Shown piece by piece: positions 41,500 through 49,625 of a stretch of 64,000 nt of DNA; the first letter of the stretch is position 1; each line of letters starts with the position of its first letter. The DNA comes from Sphingobacterium thalpophilum. Lineage in GTDB: Bacteria > Bacteroidota > Bacteroidia > Chitinophagales > Chitinophagaceae. The position numbers and the translations under genes were made by a program. The stretch spans positions 7,202-71,201 of the forward strand of contig CAMBYC010000001.1 in assembly GCA_945871875.1 (NCBI GenBank), given 5' to 3'. Below the pieces are notes generated by a model that saw nothing but the letters and a program-made list of their open reading frames with translations, was not told where the DNA came from and did no database searches.

Positions 41500-41531
41500 C
41501 TTTAGTTGTATTTTTGAAAAAAATAATAAAG

Positions 41532-42005
41532 ATGGATATTGGTTTAGTACACCTACATAATTTTTTAAGATGGGTTATATTGATTTTATTGATAGCTTCT
41601 ATTGTTAAGAGTTTTATTGGTTGGAAATCAAAGAAACTGTTTTCGCCAGCTGATAAAAAAATGTGGTTGTTTACGATGATTGCTTCTCACATTACACTTT
41701 TATTAGGCCTTTATCAATTGGTTGCTGGTCGTTATGGAATAACAAAAGGATTTCCTGGAGAAGGAAGTTTTATGAAGAATAAGTTTTATCGTTTCTTCTG
41801 GTTAGAACATCCAACACTCATGATTTTATCAATTGTAATGATAACATTGGGTTATGGCATGGCAAAAAAAGCTGTTTCTGATGAAGAAAAATACAAAAAA
41901 GCATTTATCTTTTTTGTAATAGCTTTCATCTTTATTATGTTAGCTATGCCTTGGCCTTTTAGAGAAATTGTTGGCAGACCATTGTTTCCTGGAATGAAAC
42001 AATAA
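41532..42005 (+). CDS. hypothetical integral membrane protein
   Basis: ATG at 41532 (the tracked start would overlap the pfkB-like gene). Four predicted hydrophobic helices. Confidence 0.6.
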   Translation: MDIGLVHLHNFLRWVILILLIASIVKSFIGWKSKKLFSPADKKMWLFTMIASHITLLLGLYQLVAGRYGITKGFPGEGSFMKNKFYRFFWLEHPTLMILSIVMITLGYGMAKKAVSDEEKYKKAFIFFVIAFIFIMLAMPWPFREIVGRPLFPGMKQ

Positions 42006-42040
42006 GTTTATTATAATTTTTACTTCTTTTATTTAATAAT

Positions 42041-42090
42041 AAGGCTTTTGAGTTTGAATTTTATATCCATTCTCAAAAGCCTTTTTTTTG
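42041..42090 (+). terminator. intrinsic terminator
   Basis: AAGGCTTTTGAG / CTCAAAAGCCTT stem followed by T8. Confidence 0.75.
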
Positions 42091-42453
42091 TAAAATTAAA
42101 TTCTGCTTTTATATTAGAAATGCATCAAACTATGATGGTTGGCTATCAAACTGAGATTTTCAATTGTTGATAAATTGTTTTAAACCCTACTTTAAAAAGT
42201 TATAAAATCAATAATTGAATAACAATTTTATTGTCTTTGATAATTACGTAATCCAAATTGCGAAATAACATTAACTATAGTAATCATCTCTAATAGTGAT
42301 GAAATCATGATTACAAGAGCTATTCTTTATAGATATATTTCCAATAAGTTAAGTTTATTTACAATGGTTTTACTTAAGATTTTTGCTTGGATTCATTAAT
42401 AATTAAAAAAGTACATTCAATCTAAATGAGCAATTTTTATTAATATTTTTTAT

Positions 42454-43107
42454 TTAAATATGAATCACTCCATTCAATTTTGCTTTGATGAGAAGAATGA
42501 GTTCTTGCATTAAATCAATTCCGCTTATTGCTTTTGCGGCAAAATAGGTAAATGCCAAACCAAAAACGGCTCCCCAAAAGTGGGCATTATGTCCAATATT
42601 ACCTTGACCTTTATTGGCAAGATAAGCAGAGGTAATAAGAAACAATATTCCAAATACATAACCTGGAATATTAAATGGAATAAAGAAAAATTGCAAAGGC
42701 ATATCCGGACTAAAAAGAATTGCGGAAAAAATAACTGCTGAAACCGCTCCTGAAGCACCTAATGCCCGATATTCAAAATTATCCTTATGTTTTAAAAAAT
42801 CTGGGATTGATGATATTGGAATTGCTAAAACATACAATATGATATAAAGTGGACTTGTCAATTGATTAAAAACCGAGGGAAACATATATTTCTCAACTGC
42901 TTCTCCAAAAGAATAAAGCGTAATCATGTTGAAAAGGAGGTGCATTGTGTCTGCATGTATAAATCCTCCTGTTAAAAAGCGATAATATTGGTTGCGTCTA
43001 AGTATTTTATATGGCCAAAACAATAGATTGTCTTTTAAATTTTCATTTGAAAAAGTAGGAAATGAAACCAAACAGGTAATAATTATAATCAGAATTGTAA
43101 TTGACAT
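42454..43107 (-). CDS. rhomboid-family intramembrane serine protease
   Basis: Catalytic GASGAVSAV, HLLFN motif and a downstream His (NAHFWG). Six TM pattern. Confidence 0.85.
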   Translation of the reverse strand: MSITILIIIITCLVSFPTFSNENLKDNLLFWPYKILRRNQYYRFLTGGFIHADTMHLLFNMITLYSFGEAVEKYMFPSVFNQLTSPLYIILYVLAIPISSIPDFLKHKDNFEYRALGASGAVSAVIFSAILFSPDMPLQFFFIPFNIPGYVFGILFLITSAYLANKGQGNIGHNAHFWGAVFGLAFTYFAAKAISGIDLMQELILLIKAKLNGVIHI

Positions 43108-43116
43108 TAGTAAATT

Positions 43117-43590
43117 TTACTGGTGATGATATTTTTCGTTACGCAATATAGTGCAAGCACGGTAAACTTGTTCAGTCAGTATTAATCTTACCAATTGATG
43201 AGGAAAGGTTAATGAAGAAAGTGACCATTTTAACTGTGCTCTTTTTAAAACAGTTTCATCAATACCATAGGCTCCGCCAATGAGAAATACAATATTTTTA
43301 GTGCTTTCATTCGCCCTTATTTGTATAAATTGAGCCAAATCAGGGGAACTTAACATTTTGCCTCGTTCATCTAATGCAACTAAATAATCATCTTTATGAA
43401 TCTGGTTTAATAATATAGAAGCCTCAGCTTTTTTTAACTCGGATTCACTCATTTTTCCAGATAATTTAGGCGTAGGTATCAATTGCCATTCTACTGAAAA
43501 ATATCTACTAATTCTTCCTGTAAAATCTTCTACCCCTGTTGAAATATAGGCATCATTTTGTTTTCCTACCGACCATAAACTTATTTTCAC
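43117..43590 (-). CDS. rlmH: 23S rRNA (pseudouridine1915-N3)-methyltransferase
   Basis: 157 aa SPOUT fold, with motifs LDERGK, FLIGGAYG and LSLSSLTFPHQL. Confidence 0.92.
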   Translation of the reverse strand: MKISLWSVGKQNDAYISTGVEDFTGRISRYFSVEWQLIPTPKLSGKMSESELKKAEASILLNQIHKDDYLVALDERGKMLSSPDLAQFIQIRANESTKNIVFLIGGAYGIDETVLKRAQLKWSLSSLTFPHQLVRLILTEQVYRACTILRNEKYHHQ

Positions 43591-43666
43591 TCGTTGATGT
43601 TTGTTTGTAAAAGTAAAGATTTCATTAACTTTATTTTAACCTTTTTCTTTTTGAGAAATTTACTAT

Positions 43667-43694
43667 TCAATTGTTAATGGTCAATTGTTAAGGG
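43667..43694. repeat. tandem 14-bp duplication TCAATTGTTAATGG / TCAATTGTTAAGGG
   Basis: Read directly from the sequence. Each unit holds a CAATTG palindrome. It lies in the divergent rlmH/metalloprotease intergenic region. Confidence 0.8.
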
Positions 43695-43718
43695 GTAATG
43701 GTTATTTTTTTTTCGGAT

Positions 43719-43746
43719 TTACTAACTACTAATTACTAACTACTTA
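43719..43746. repeat. tandem 14-bp duplication TTACTAACTACTAA / TTACTAACTACTTA
   Basis: Read directly from the sequence, 24-51 nt upstream of the ATG at 43770. Confidence 0.8.
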
Positions 43747-43769
43747 TTATCATTTTTAATTTTTAAATT

Positions 43770-46202
43770 ATGCAGCATCGTTATTTCTTTCGATTTTTCA
43801 AAGTGGTTTTTTCCTTGTTATTTATTTGTACAACTTTTTCTGTTTCAGCACAATTGCCTTCAATAGATCAGCGGGTTAGTGGTATGCAAAAAATGCCAGG
43901 TTATTTTAATATTTATTGGGATGAACAAAATGGCAGAATGTATATGGAAATTGACAAGTGGGATACCGAATGGTTGTATGTTGTATCATTGCCTGCTGGA
44001 TTAGGTTCTAATGATATTGGACTTGATAGAGGTTTAAACAGTGGTGGAAATATTGTGAAGTTTAATAGAGTAGGGAAGAAGGTATTACTTGTAGAGCCCA
44101 ATTATTCATTTAGGGCAAGCTCAACTGATGTATCCGAAAAGAGAGCAGTTGAAGAATCTTTTGCTTCATCAATACTTTGGGGGTTTACAGCAATTGCTGA
44201 AACCAACAAAAATGTATTGGTAGATGCAACAGCTTTTTTGTTGCGCGATGCAATGCAAGTAACTCAACAACTCCGCAAAAGCCAACAAGGAAATTTTATG
44301 CCAGATAGTTCTAGATCTGCTATTTATATGGCAAGAACAAAAAACTTCCCTTTAAATACTGAAATTGAAACTACAATAAGTTTTGGAAATTTTGATGGTG
44401 TAATTGGTAATTATGTTCAATCTGTAACACCTACTGCAAATGCAATTACACTTAGAATGCACCATTCTTTTGTACAATTGCCAGATAATAATTTTAAACC
44501 AAGGGTTTTTGATCCACGTTCTAGTTTTATTCCTGTTTCATTTTTTGATTATTCAACGCCAGTAACAGAACCGATTGAAAAGTTTTACATTAGAAGGCAT
44601 CGTTTAGAGAAAAAAAATCCTAATGCTGCTAAAAGTGAAGCGGTTAAACCTATAATTTATTATGTAGATAACGGCACTCCAGAGCCTATAAGATCTGCAT
44701 TAATTGAAGGTGCTTCTTGGTGGAATCAAGCTTATGAAGCTGCTGGGTTTATCAACGCCTTTCAAGTTAAAGTATTACCAGCTGATGCAGACCCTATGGA
44801 TATTCGCTACAATATGATCAATTGGGTGCATCGCTCAACTAGGGGTTGGAGTTACGGTGGTGGTGTTACTGATCCAAGAACTGGTGAAATTATTAAAGGT
44901 CAGGTTACATTAGGATCACTTAGAGTTCGTCAAGATTATCTCATTTTTCAAGGATTATTGTCTCCCTTTGAAAATGGTATGCCTAAAGACAATAAAATGT
45001 TACAAGCAGGATTATCACGGTTACAACAACTTGCTGCTCATGAAGTTGGCCATACTCTTGGCTTGATGCATAATTATGCATCAAACTACAATGATAGAGC
45101 TTCAGTTATGGACTATCCTCATCCATTAGTAAGGTTGAATGCTAATGGTGAAGTTGATTTGAGCAAAGTATATGACAATAAAATTGGGGAATGGGATAAA
45201 ATTGCGATTAATTGGGGGTATAGAGAATTTTCAAAATCCGATAATCAAGTTCTTGCTTTAGATAAAATTTTGGATGATGCAACGTCCAAGGGAATGCTAT
45301 TTATAAGTGATCGAGATGCTAGAGCTCCCGGAGGTTTGCATCCCACAGCTCATTTGTGGGATAATGGCAAAGATGCTGTTGCAGAATTACAAGAAATGAT
45401 TAAAGTTAGGACAAAGGCACTACAACAATTTGGTAAGAATAGCATTAGACAAGGTGTACCTATGGCTTTTTTAGAGGATGTTTTGGTTCCAATTTACTTC
45501 TATCATCGTTATCAAACAGAAGCTGTTACCAAATTGCTTGGAGGTAGTGATTATTCTTATGCACTTAACGGGGAGCAACAGAAAGTTTTAGAACCAGTAA
45601 GTAGGGCAGCTCAACTTAAAGCTTTAGATGCAGTAATTGATGTTTTAAATCCATCGTTTTTACAAGTGCCAGACCATGTTGTAAAACTTATCCCACCTCG
45701 TCCGGCTGGTTATGAATTTAACCGTGAATTGTTTAAAAAACATACCGGTTTAGCTTTCGATCCATTGGCAGCAGCTGAAGCTGGTGCAGATTTACCACTG
45801 TCTTTTGTTTTTAATTCAGAAAGAATTAGCAGAATGGCAATGAGTGGCTCAGATGCTTTTCCATTGTCTGAAATGATTTCTAAATTAATTGATTCTACTT
45901 GGAAATCTTCACGCAAATTAGGTATGCAAAGTCTTATTCAACAACAAACTGAACAAGTATTGTTGACATATTTATTAGCATCTTCTGTTGATGATTTAGC
46001 TTCTTTTGCTGCTAAATCTATGGTTCGTAAGGCTGTTGATGAACTTAAATCATATATCGAATCTCAACAAAAGTTGAATATAGATGCATATTTAAAAGGC
46101 CATTATATTTTAGCATTGGATAGAATGAAATCACCAGAAAAAGCAAAACCTACATTACATGTTCCAACGCCTCCAGGTGCTCCAATTGGATGTGGTGAAT
46201 AA
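43770..46202 (+). CDS. secreted zinc-dependent metalloprotease (large Bacteroidota DUF5117/DUF4953-type)
   Basis: Signal peptide and zincin motif HEVGHTLGLMHN. Length is 810 aa. Confidence 0.87.
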   Translation: MQHRYFFRFFKVVFSLLFICTTFSVSAQLPSIDQRVSGMQKMPGYFNIYWDEQNGRMYMEIDKWDTEWLYVVSLPAGLGSNDIGLDRGLNSGGNIVKFNRVGKKVLLVEPNYSFRASSTDVSEKRAVEESFASSILWGFTAIAETNKNVLVDATAFLLRDAMQVTQQLRKSQQGNFMPDSSRSAIYMARTKNFPLNTEIETTISFGNFDGVIGNYVQSVTPTANAITLRMHHSFVQLPDNNFKPRVFDPRSSFIPVSFFDYSTPVTEPIEKFYIRRHRLEKKNPNAAKSEAVKPIIYYVDNGTPEPIRSALIEGASWWNQAYEAAGFINAFQVKVLPADADPMDIRYNMINWVHRSTRGWSYGGGVTDPRTGEIIKGQVTLGSLRVRQDYLIFQGLLSPFENGMPKDNKMLQAGLSRLQQLAAHEVGHTLGLMHNYASNYNDRASVMDYPHPLVRLNANGEVDLSKVYDNKIGEWDKIAINWGYREFSKSDNQVLALDKILDDATSKGMLFISDRDARAPGGLHPTAHLWDNGKDAVAELQEMIKVRTKALQQFGKNSIRQGVPMAFLEDVLVPIYFYHRYQTEAVTKLLGGSDYSYALNGEQQKVLEPVSRAAQLKALDAVIDVLNPSFLQVPDHVVKLIPPRPAGYEFNRELFKKHTGLAFDPLAAAEAGADLPLSFVFNSERISRMAMSGSDAFPLSEMISKLIDSTWKSSRKLGMQSLIQQQTEQVLLTYLLASSVDDLASFAAKSMVRKAVDELKSYIESQQKLNIDAYLKGHYILALDRMKSPEKAKPTLHVPTPPGAPIGCGE

Positions 46203-46272
46203 TTTAGATTTTTGAGTTCCTATTTTGTTTTATTCTATTCAGCAATTTGTGAAACAATAATTTAATGGACAT

Positions 46273-46304
46273 AAAAAAGAGAGGTGATGTGCCTCTCTTT
46301 TTTT
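46273..46304. terminator. bidirectional terminator hairpin T1
   Basis: AAAAAAGAGAGG-TGATGTG-CCTCTCTTTTTTT. Confidence 0.8.
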
Positions 46305-46378
46305 AATAATTTTTTTGATGTGGTTGGATAAGTTCATTACAATTACCGAATTATTGGTATGTCGGCAAACTCAGGGTC

Positions 46379-46410
46379 AGCCATGGAACAGTATTAACGA
46401 TTCCATGGCT
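46379..46410. other. GC-rich 10-bp stem hairpin
   Basis: AGCCATGGAA-CAGTATTAACGA-TTCCATGGCT. It sits in a locally GC-richer patch of an AT-rich gap, 25 nt upstream of the tandem array. Confidence 0.6.
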
Positions 46411-46434
46411 TCACGTGATTTTTCTAGACTTTAG

Positions 46435-46720
46435 TTGGAATTGGTTTTTTCAGTTGGATTGGATTGGTTGGTTTTTTTGTTGGATTGGATTGGTTTGGTT
46501 TTTTTGTTGGATTGGATTGGTTTGGTTTTTTATTTGGATTGGATTGGTTGGTTTTTTTGTTGGATTGGATTGGTTTGTTTTTTTATTTGGATTGGATTGG
46601 TTGGTTTTTTATTTGGATTGGATTGGTTTGGTTTTTCAGTTGGATTGGATTGGTTTAGTTTTTTCAGTTGGATTGGATTGGTTTGGTTTTTTTGTTGGAT
46701 TGGATTGGTTGGTTTTTTTA
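46435..46720. repeat. tandem array, 10 full plus 1 degenerate copies of a 26-28 bp unit (consensus TTGGATTGGATTGGTTTGGTTTTTTTG)
   Basis: Unit starts are at 46454, 46480, 46507, 46534, 46560, 46587, 46613, 46640, 46668 and 46695. The first 14 nt are invariant in all ten units. There are no spacers. Confidence 0.95.
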
Positions 46721-46761
46721 GGATGTGATTATTTGTGGTTTCAGTGTATTGATATTGTTTA

Positions 46762-46800
46762 AGTAATCACGTATATAATTATATGAATTACTGTTTTATT
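46762..46800 (+). other. AT-rich hairpin plus T-rich tail (possible weak terminator)
   Basis: AGTAAT...ATATAATTATAT...ATTACT followed by GTTTTATT. Confidence 0.3.
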
Positions 46801-47039
46801 TAATTTTGATTAAAGAATTTTCAAAGAACTTCAGCCTTATTGCCGATTGTTTAGCTAAAGTAATACCTGTCTTTTTAATATTCAAGTGTTTTTCCATATA
46901 ATTTGTCGATTGATTAAAGATTCAGTAGTAATACCCAAGCGACTTTGTAAATATGCGTAGATACTACATTAGATAACGCGAAAATCTACGTATAATCACT
47001 ATTTCTAGTTTTTAGAAATAGACTAGCATAATTTTGATT

Positions 47040-47072
47040 AAAAAAAAGAGAGGTGTTATACCTCTCTTTTTT
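47040..47072. terminator. bidirectional terminator hairpin T2 (serves the minus-strand fucosidase gene)
   Basis: AAAAAAAAGAGAGG-TGTTATA-CCTCTCTTTTTT. The stem is identical to T1. Confidence 0.8.
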
Positions 47073-47151
47073 CCAAATTGAATAATAATGATTTGAATTA
47101 TAAATTTAGATTTTACAAATACTTTGATTTAAAAGCTTTTTTAGATTTTAC

Positions 47152-48576
47152 TTAATCCAATTCTCCAGATTTCATTTTTCCTGTTGATTTTTGATTTGAG
47201 ATGAGTTTTCCCTTTAAAATCATCTTTATAACAGTAACCTTAGAGTCTGGCATTACAGTTGGAACAAAAATTTCAATTCCATTTATTGATTGATTTGTTT
47301 TACAAGGTTTTCCATCTGCCAGAAGTGAAGTTCCAATTACTTTGTTTTTGAAGCTTGGAACAATAAGTTTGCCATTATTTGGCCAATTGAAAACATTCAA
47401 ATACAAAATTGTTTCACGTTTGGTTTGTTTTTGCGTAATTCTGCCCCAATCTACTATTGGTAAAGGGTTTTTTTGAGTTGAATAAATTGCATCACCATTT
47501 ACTTTCATCCATTCACCTATAGTTTTCAAAGATTGAATACTAGGTTCAGGAAAATTACCGTCTGGTTTAGGACCTACATTTAATAAATAATTTCCGCCTT
47601 TAGAAGCTATATCACATAAATTTTGAATTAAGATTTTTGCAGATTTCCATTTGTTATCAGATGTTCTAAATCCCCATGTACCATTCATTGTCATACATGT
47701 TTCCCAATCGTTATTATCCACTTCATCAGCACCTGGAATTTTTTGTTCTGGAGTTCTTGTGTCGCCGGGGAAGTTTGGTCTTTTTAGTCTATCGTTTGTG
47801 ATAATATTGGGTTGAAGTTTAAGCTGATCTTGTAGCTTTATGGCTGTTTCATCAGTCATATTTGTTGGCGTATCCCACCATAAAACAGCAATTTCACCAT
47901 AATTGGTTAGCAGTTCTTTTACTTGCGGAACTGCAACCTCATCAATATAATCATCAAAACTTCTGGTTTCTTGTGCTTTGTCCCAATGCCCCTTATGTGT
48001 TAGAGTATATGCATCAATAGCTGTAGAATCTGGATTCAACCAACCCTCAGAAGCTACTTTTCTTGCTGCAGAACCACCAGGATTGTTCCAATCTTGTGCT
48101 TGTGAATAATAGAAGCCCAATTTTATACCATATTTTTTGCAAGCTTCTGAAAGTGGAAGCAATATATCTTTACCATAAGGCGTAGCATCTACAATATTCC
48201 ACTTACTTGCAGTAGTTTTGAACATTGCAAAACCATCATGATGCTTCGCAGTAATAATAATGTATTTCATCCCAGCATCTTTTGCCATTTTAACCCATTC
48301 TTCTGCATTAAACTGAATTGGATTAAATTGTTTTGACATTTCTTGGTATTCAGATACAGGTATTTTTGACCTATTCATTATCCATTCTGCACCACCTTTT
48401 AATTGTTCGTGTCCTTTATAAACACCAGCCCATTGAGCATATACACCCCAATGGATAAACATTCCAAATTTCGCTTCACGCCACCATTGCATCCGTTCAT
48501 CTTTACTAAGTTGCTGTCCAACAGTTGTTTGTAAAATCACAAAAAAGAAAAGTATAATAAAAAGTGTTTTTTTCAT
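47152..48576 (-). CDS. GH29 alpha-L-fucosidase, secreted
   Basis: ATG at 48576 (MKKTLFIILFFFVILQTTVGQ signal peptide). Motifs FGMFIHWG, ITAKHHDGF and WWD are typical of GH29. Confidence 0.87.
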   Translation of the reverse strand: MKKTLFIILFFFVILQTTVGQQLSKDERMQWWREAKFGMFIHWGVYAQWAGVYKGHEQLKGGAEWIMNRSKIPVSEYQEMSKQFNPIQFNAEEWVKMAKDAGMKYIIITAKHHDGFAMFKTTASKWNIVDATPYGKDILLPLSEACKKYGIKLGFYYSQAQDWNNPGGSAARKVASEGWLNPDSTAIDAYTLTHKGHWDKAQETRSFDDYIDEVAVPQVKELLTNYGEIAVLWWDTPTNMTDETAIKLQDQLKLQPNIITNDRLKRPNFPGDTRTPEQKIPGADEVDNNDWETCMTMNGTWGFRTSDNKWKSAKILIQNLCDIASKGGNYLLNVGPKPDGNFPEPSIQSLKTIGEWMKVNGDAIYSTQKNPLPIVDWGRITQKQTKRETILYLNVFNWPNNGKLIVPSFKNKVIGTSLLADGKPCKTNQSINGIEIFVPTVMPDSKVTVIKMILKGKLISNQKSTGKMKSGELD

Positions 48577-48695
48577 CTTTAAATAAAATTTTACGGTCAA
48601 TACAATAGTTGCTATCGTATTGACCGTATCCTAAAGTAAATAATCTCTTATAAATATTTTTTAATAAATTACCATTAACCAATAACAATTGCTAT

Positions 48696-49544
48696 TTATT
48701 CTTCTGCTGCCAAAACGCCTTTAAAATAGCCGACAGACTCTGCCATTCCTGGTAATGGATCTGTCATGTCTTTTTCGAATTCAATGCTACAAACGCCTTT
48801 GAAATTTATCTTTCTTAAAGATTCTACAACTTCAGGGAAATTGATAACACCTCTGCCTATTTCAATTGCTTTGCCTTCTTTAGCTGCAACGCTCACATCT
48901 TTTATATGCAAATCAAACAATCTAGATTTAAAATCTCTGATCGCTTTTTCTGGAATAGAACCCGCGCGCATTGAATGACCAATATCAATGCACATCCCCA
49001 TTCCAGCATCTAAATTTTTAATCCTATCATAAACATCTTTTGGAGCAGGATATAACGCATCTTCTGGACCATGGTTATGTATGGCCAACTTAATACCATA
49101 TTTTTTTACTTGCTCCTCAGCATAAGTAATTAAATCGTAATTAGGCACACCAACAATCATATTTACACCCGTTTTTTGAGCATAAGAGAATGCAGTGTCC
49201 ACAGCTTCTTTTGATTTCATATATATAACCCCAAGTGCATACACATTGATTCCCGCATTTTTACAAGCATTCATCACCCTATCAATTTGTTCTTGTGTGC
49301 TATTTTGTGGCAAATGAAAATCCTTTAATGACAATTGGTTAACACCAATTCTTTTCATCATCAATAAAGATTGTTCTAGGTTGAATTTTGCAAATGAATA
49401 ACCTGCTATGCCTACTTGTATTTCAGAAGCAGTGGCTAATTGATTACTTAAATTGTTAATTGCTGCATTTCCTTTAGCTGGAAGTACAATTGCACCAGTT
49501 AAACCAAGTGCTGTTTGTTGAATAAAATTTCTACGTGATGACAT
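48696..49544 (-). CDS. xylose-isomerase-like TIM-barrel protein (sugar phosphate isomerase/epimerase family) with TAT signal
   Basis: Twin-arginine motif SRRNFIQQTALGLTG. Metal-ligand pattern HNHG...DIGH...E. Confidence 0.83.
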   Translation of the reverse strand: MSSRRNFIQQTALGLTGAIVLPAKGNAAINNLSNQLATASEIQVGIAGYSFAKFNLEQSLLMMKRIGVNQLSLKDFHLPQNSTQEQIDRVMNACKNAGINVYALGVIYMKSKEAVDTAFSYAQKTGVNMIVGVPNYDLITYAEEQVKKYGIKLAIHNHGPEDALYPAPKDVYDRIKNLDAGMGMCIDIGHSMRAGSIPEKAIRDFKSRLFDLHIKDVSVAAKEGKAIEIGRGVINFPEVVESLRKINFKGVCSIEFEKDMTDPLPGMAESVGYFKGVLAAEE

Positions 49545-49625
49545 AATCGCTGATATTAAGGTTTTCTAAAATTAAAGATTACAAATCTATTTTATGTTTT
49601 TAAATAGATTATTGATTGGGCTTAT

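Noticed and set aside
46435-46720. Possible CRISPR array.
   Set aside because: The repeats are directly abutting with no spacers, the unit is T/G low-complexity, and there are no cas genes in the window.
46415-46762. Three overlapping plus-strand ORFs (115, 97 and 64 aa) encoding LDWIGLVFF-type hydrophobic repeats.
   Set aside because: They are all-frame translations of the 26-28 bp tandem array. Unit length varies (26/27/28), so no frame is maintained, and one starts at a non-ATG codon. They are artefacts, not genes.
46796-46897. A 33-codon minus-strand ORF (MEKHLNIKKTGITLAKQSAIRLKFFENSLIKIK) inside the ORF-free island, vaguely like an HTH fragment.
   Set aside because: It is too short to support from sequence alone and has no upstream TAnnTTTG box. 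At most it could be a relic of a degraded gene.
46273-47072. T1/T2 as a target-site duplication of a mobile element.
   Set aside because: A 32-nt TSD would be atypically long. There are no transposase or integrase genes and no terminal inverted repeats at the inner edges. A second terminator pair in the window also shares a stem. I kept it only as a duplication or insulation hypothesis.
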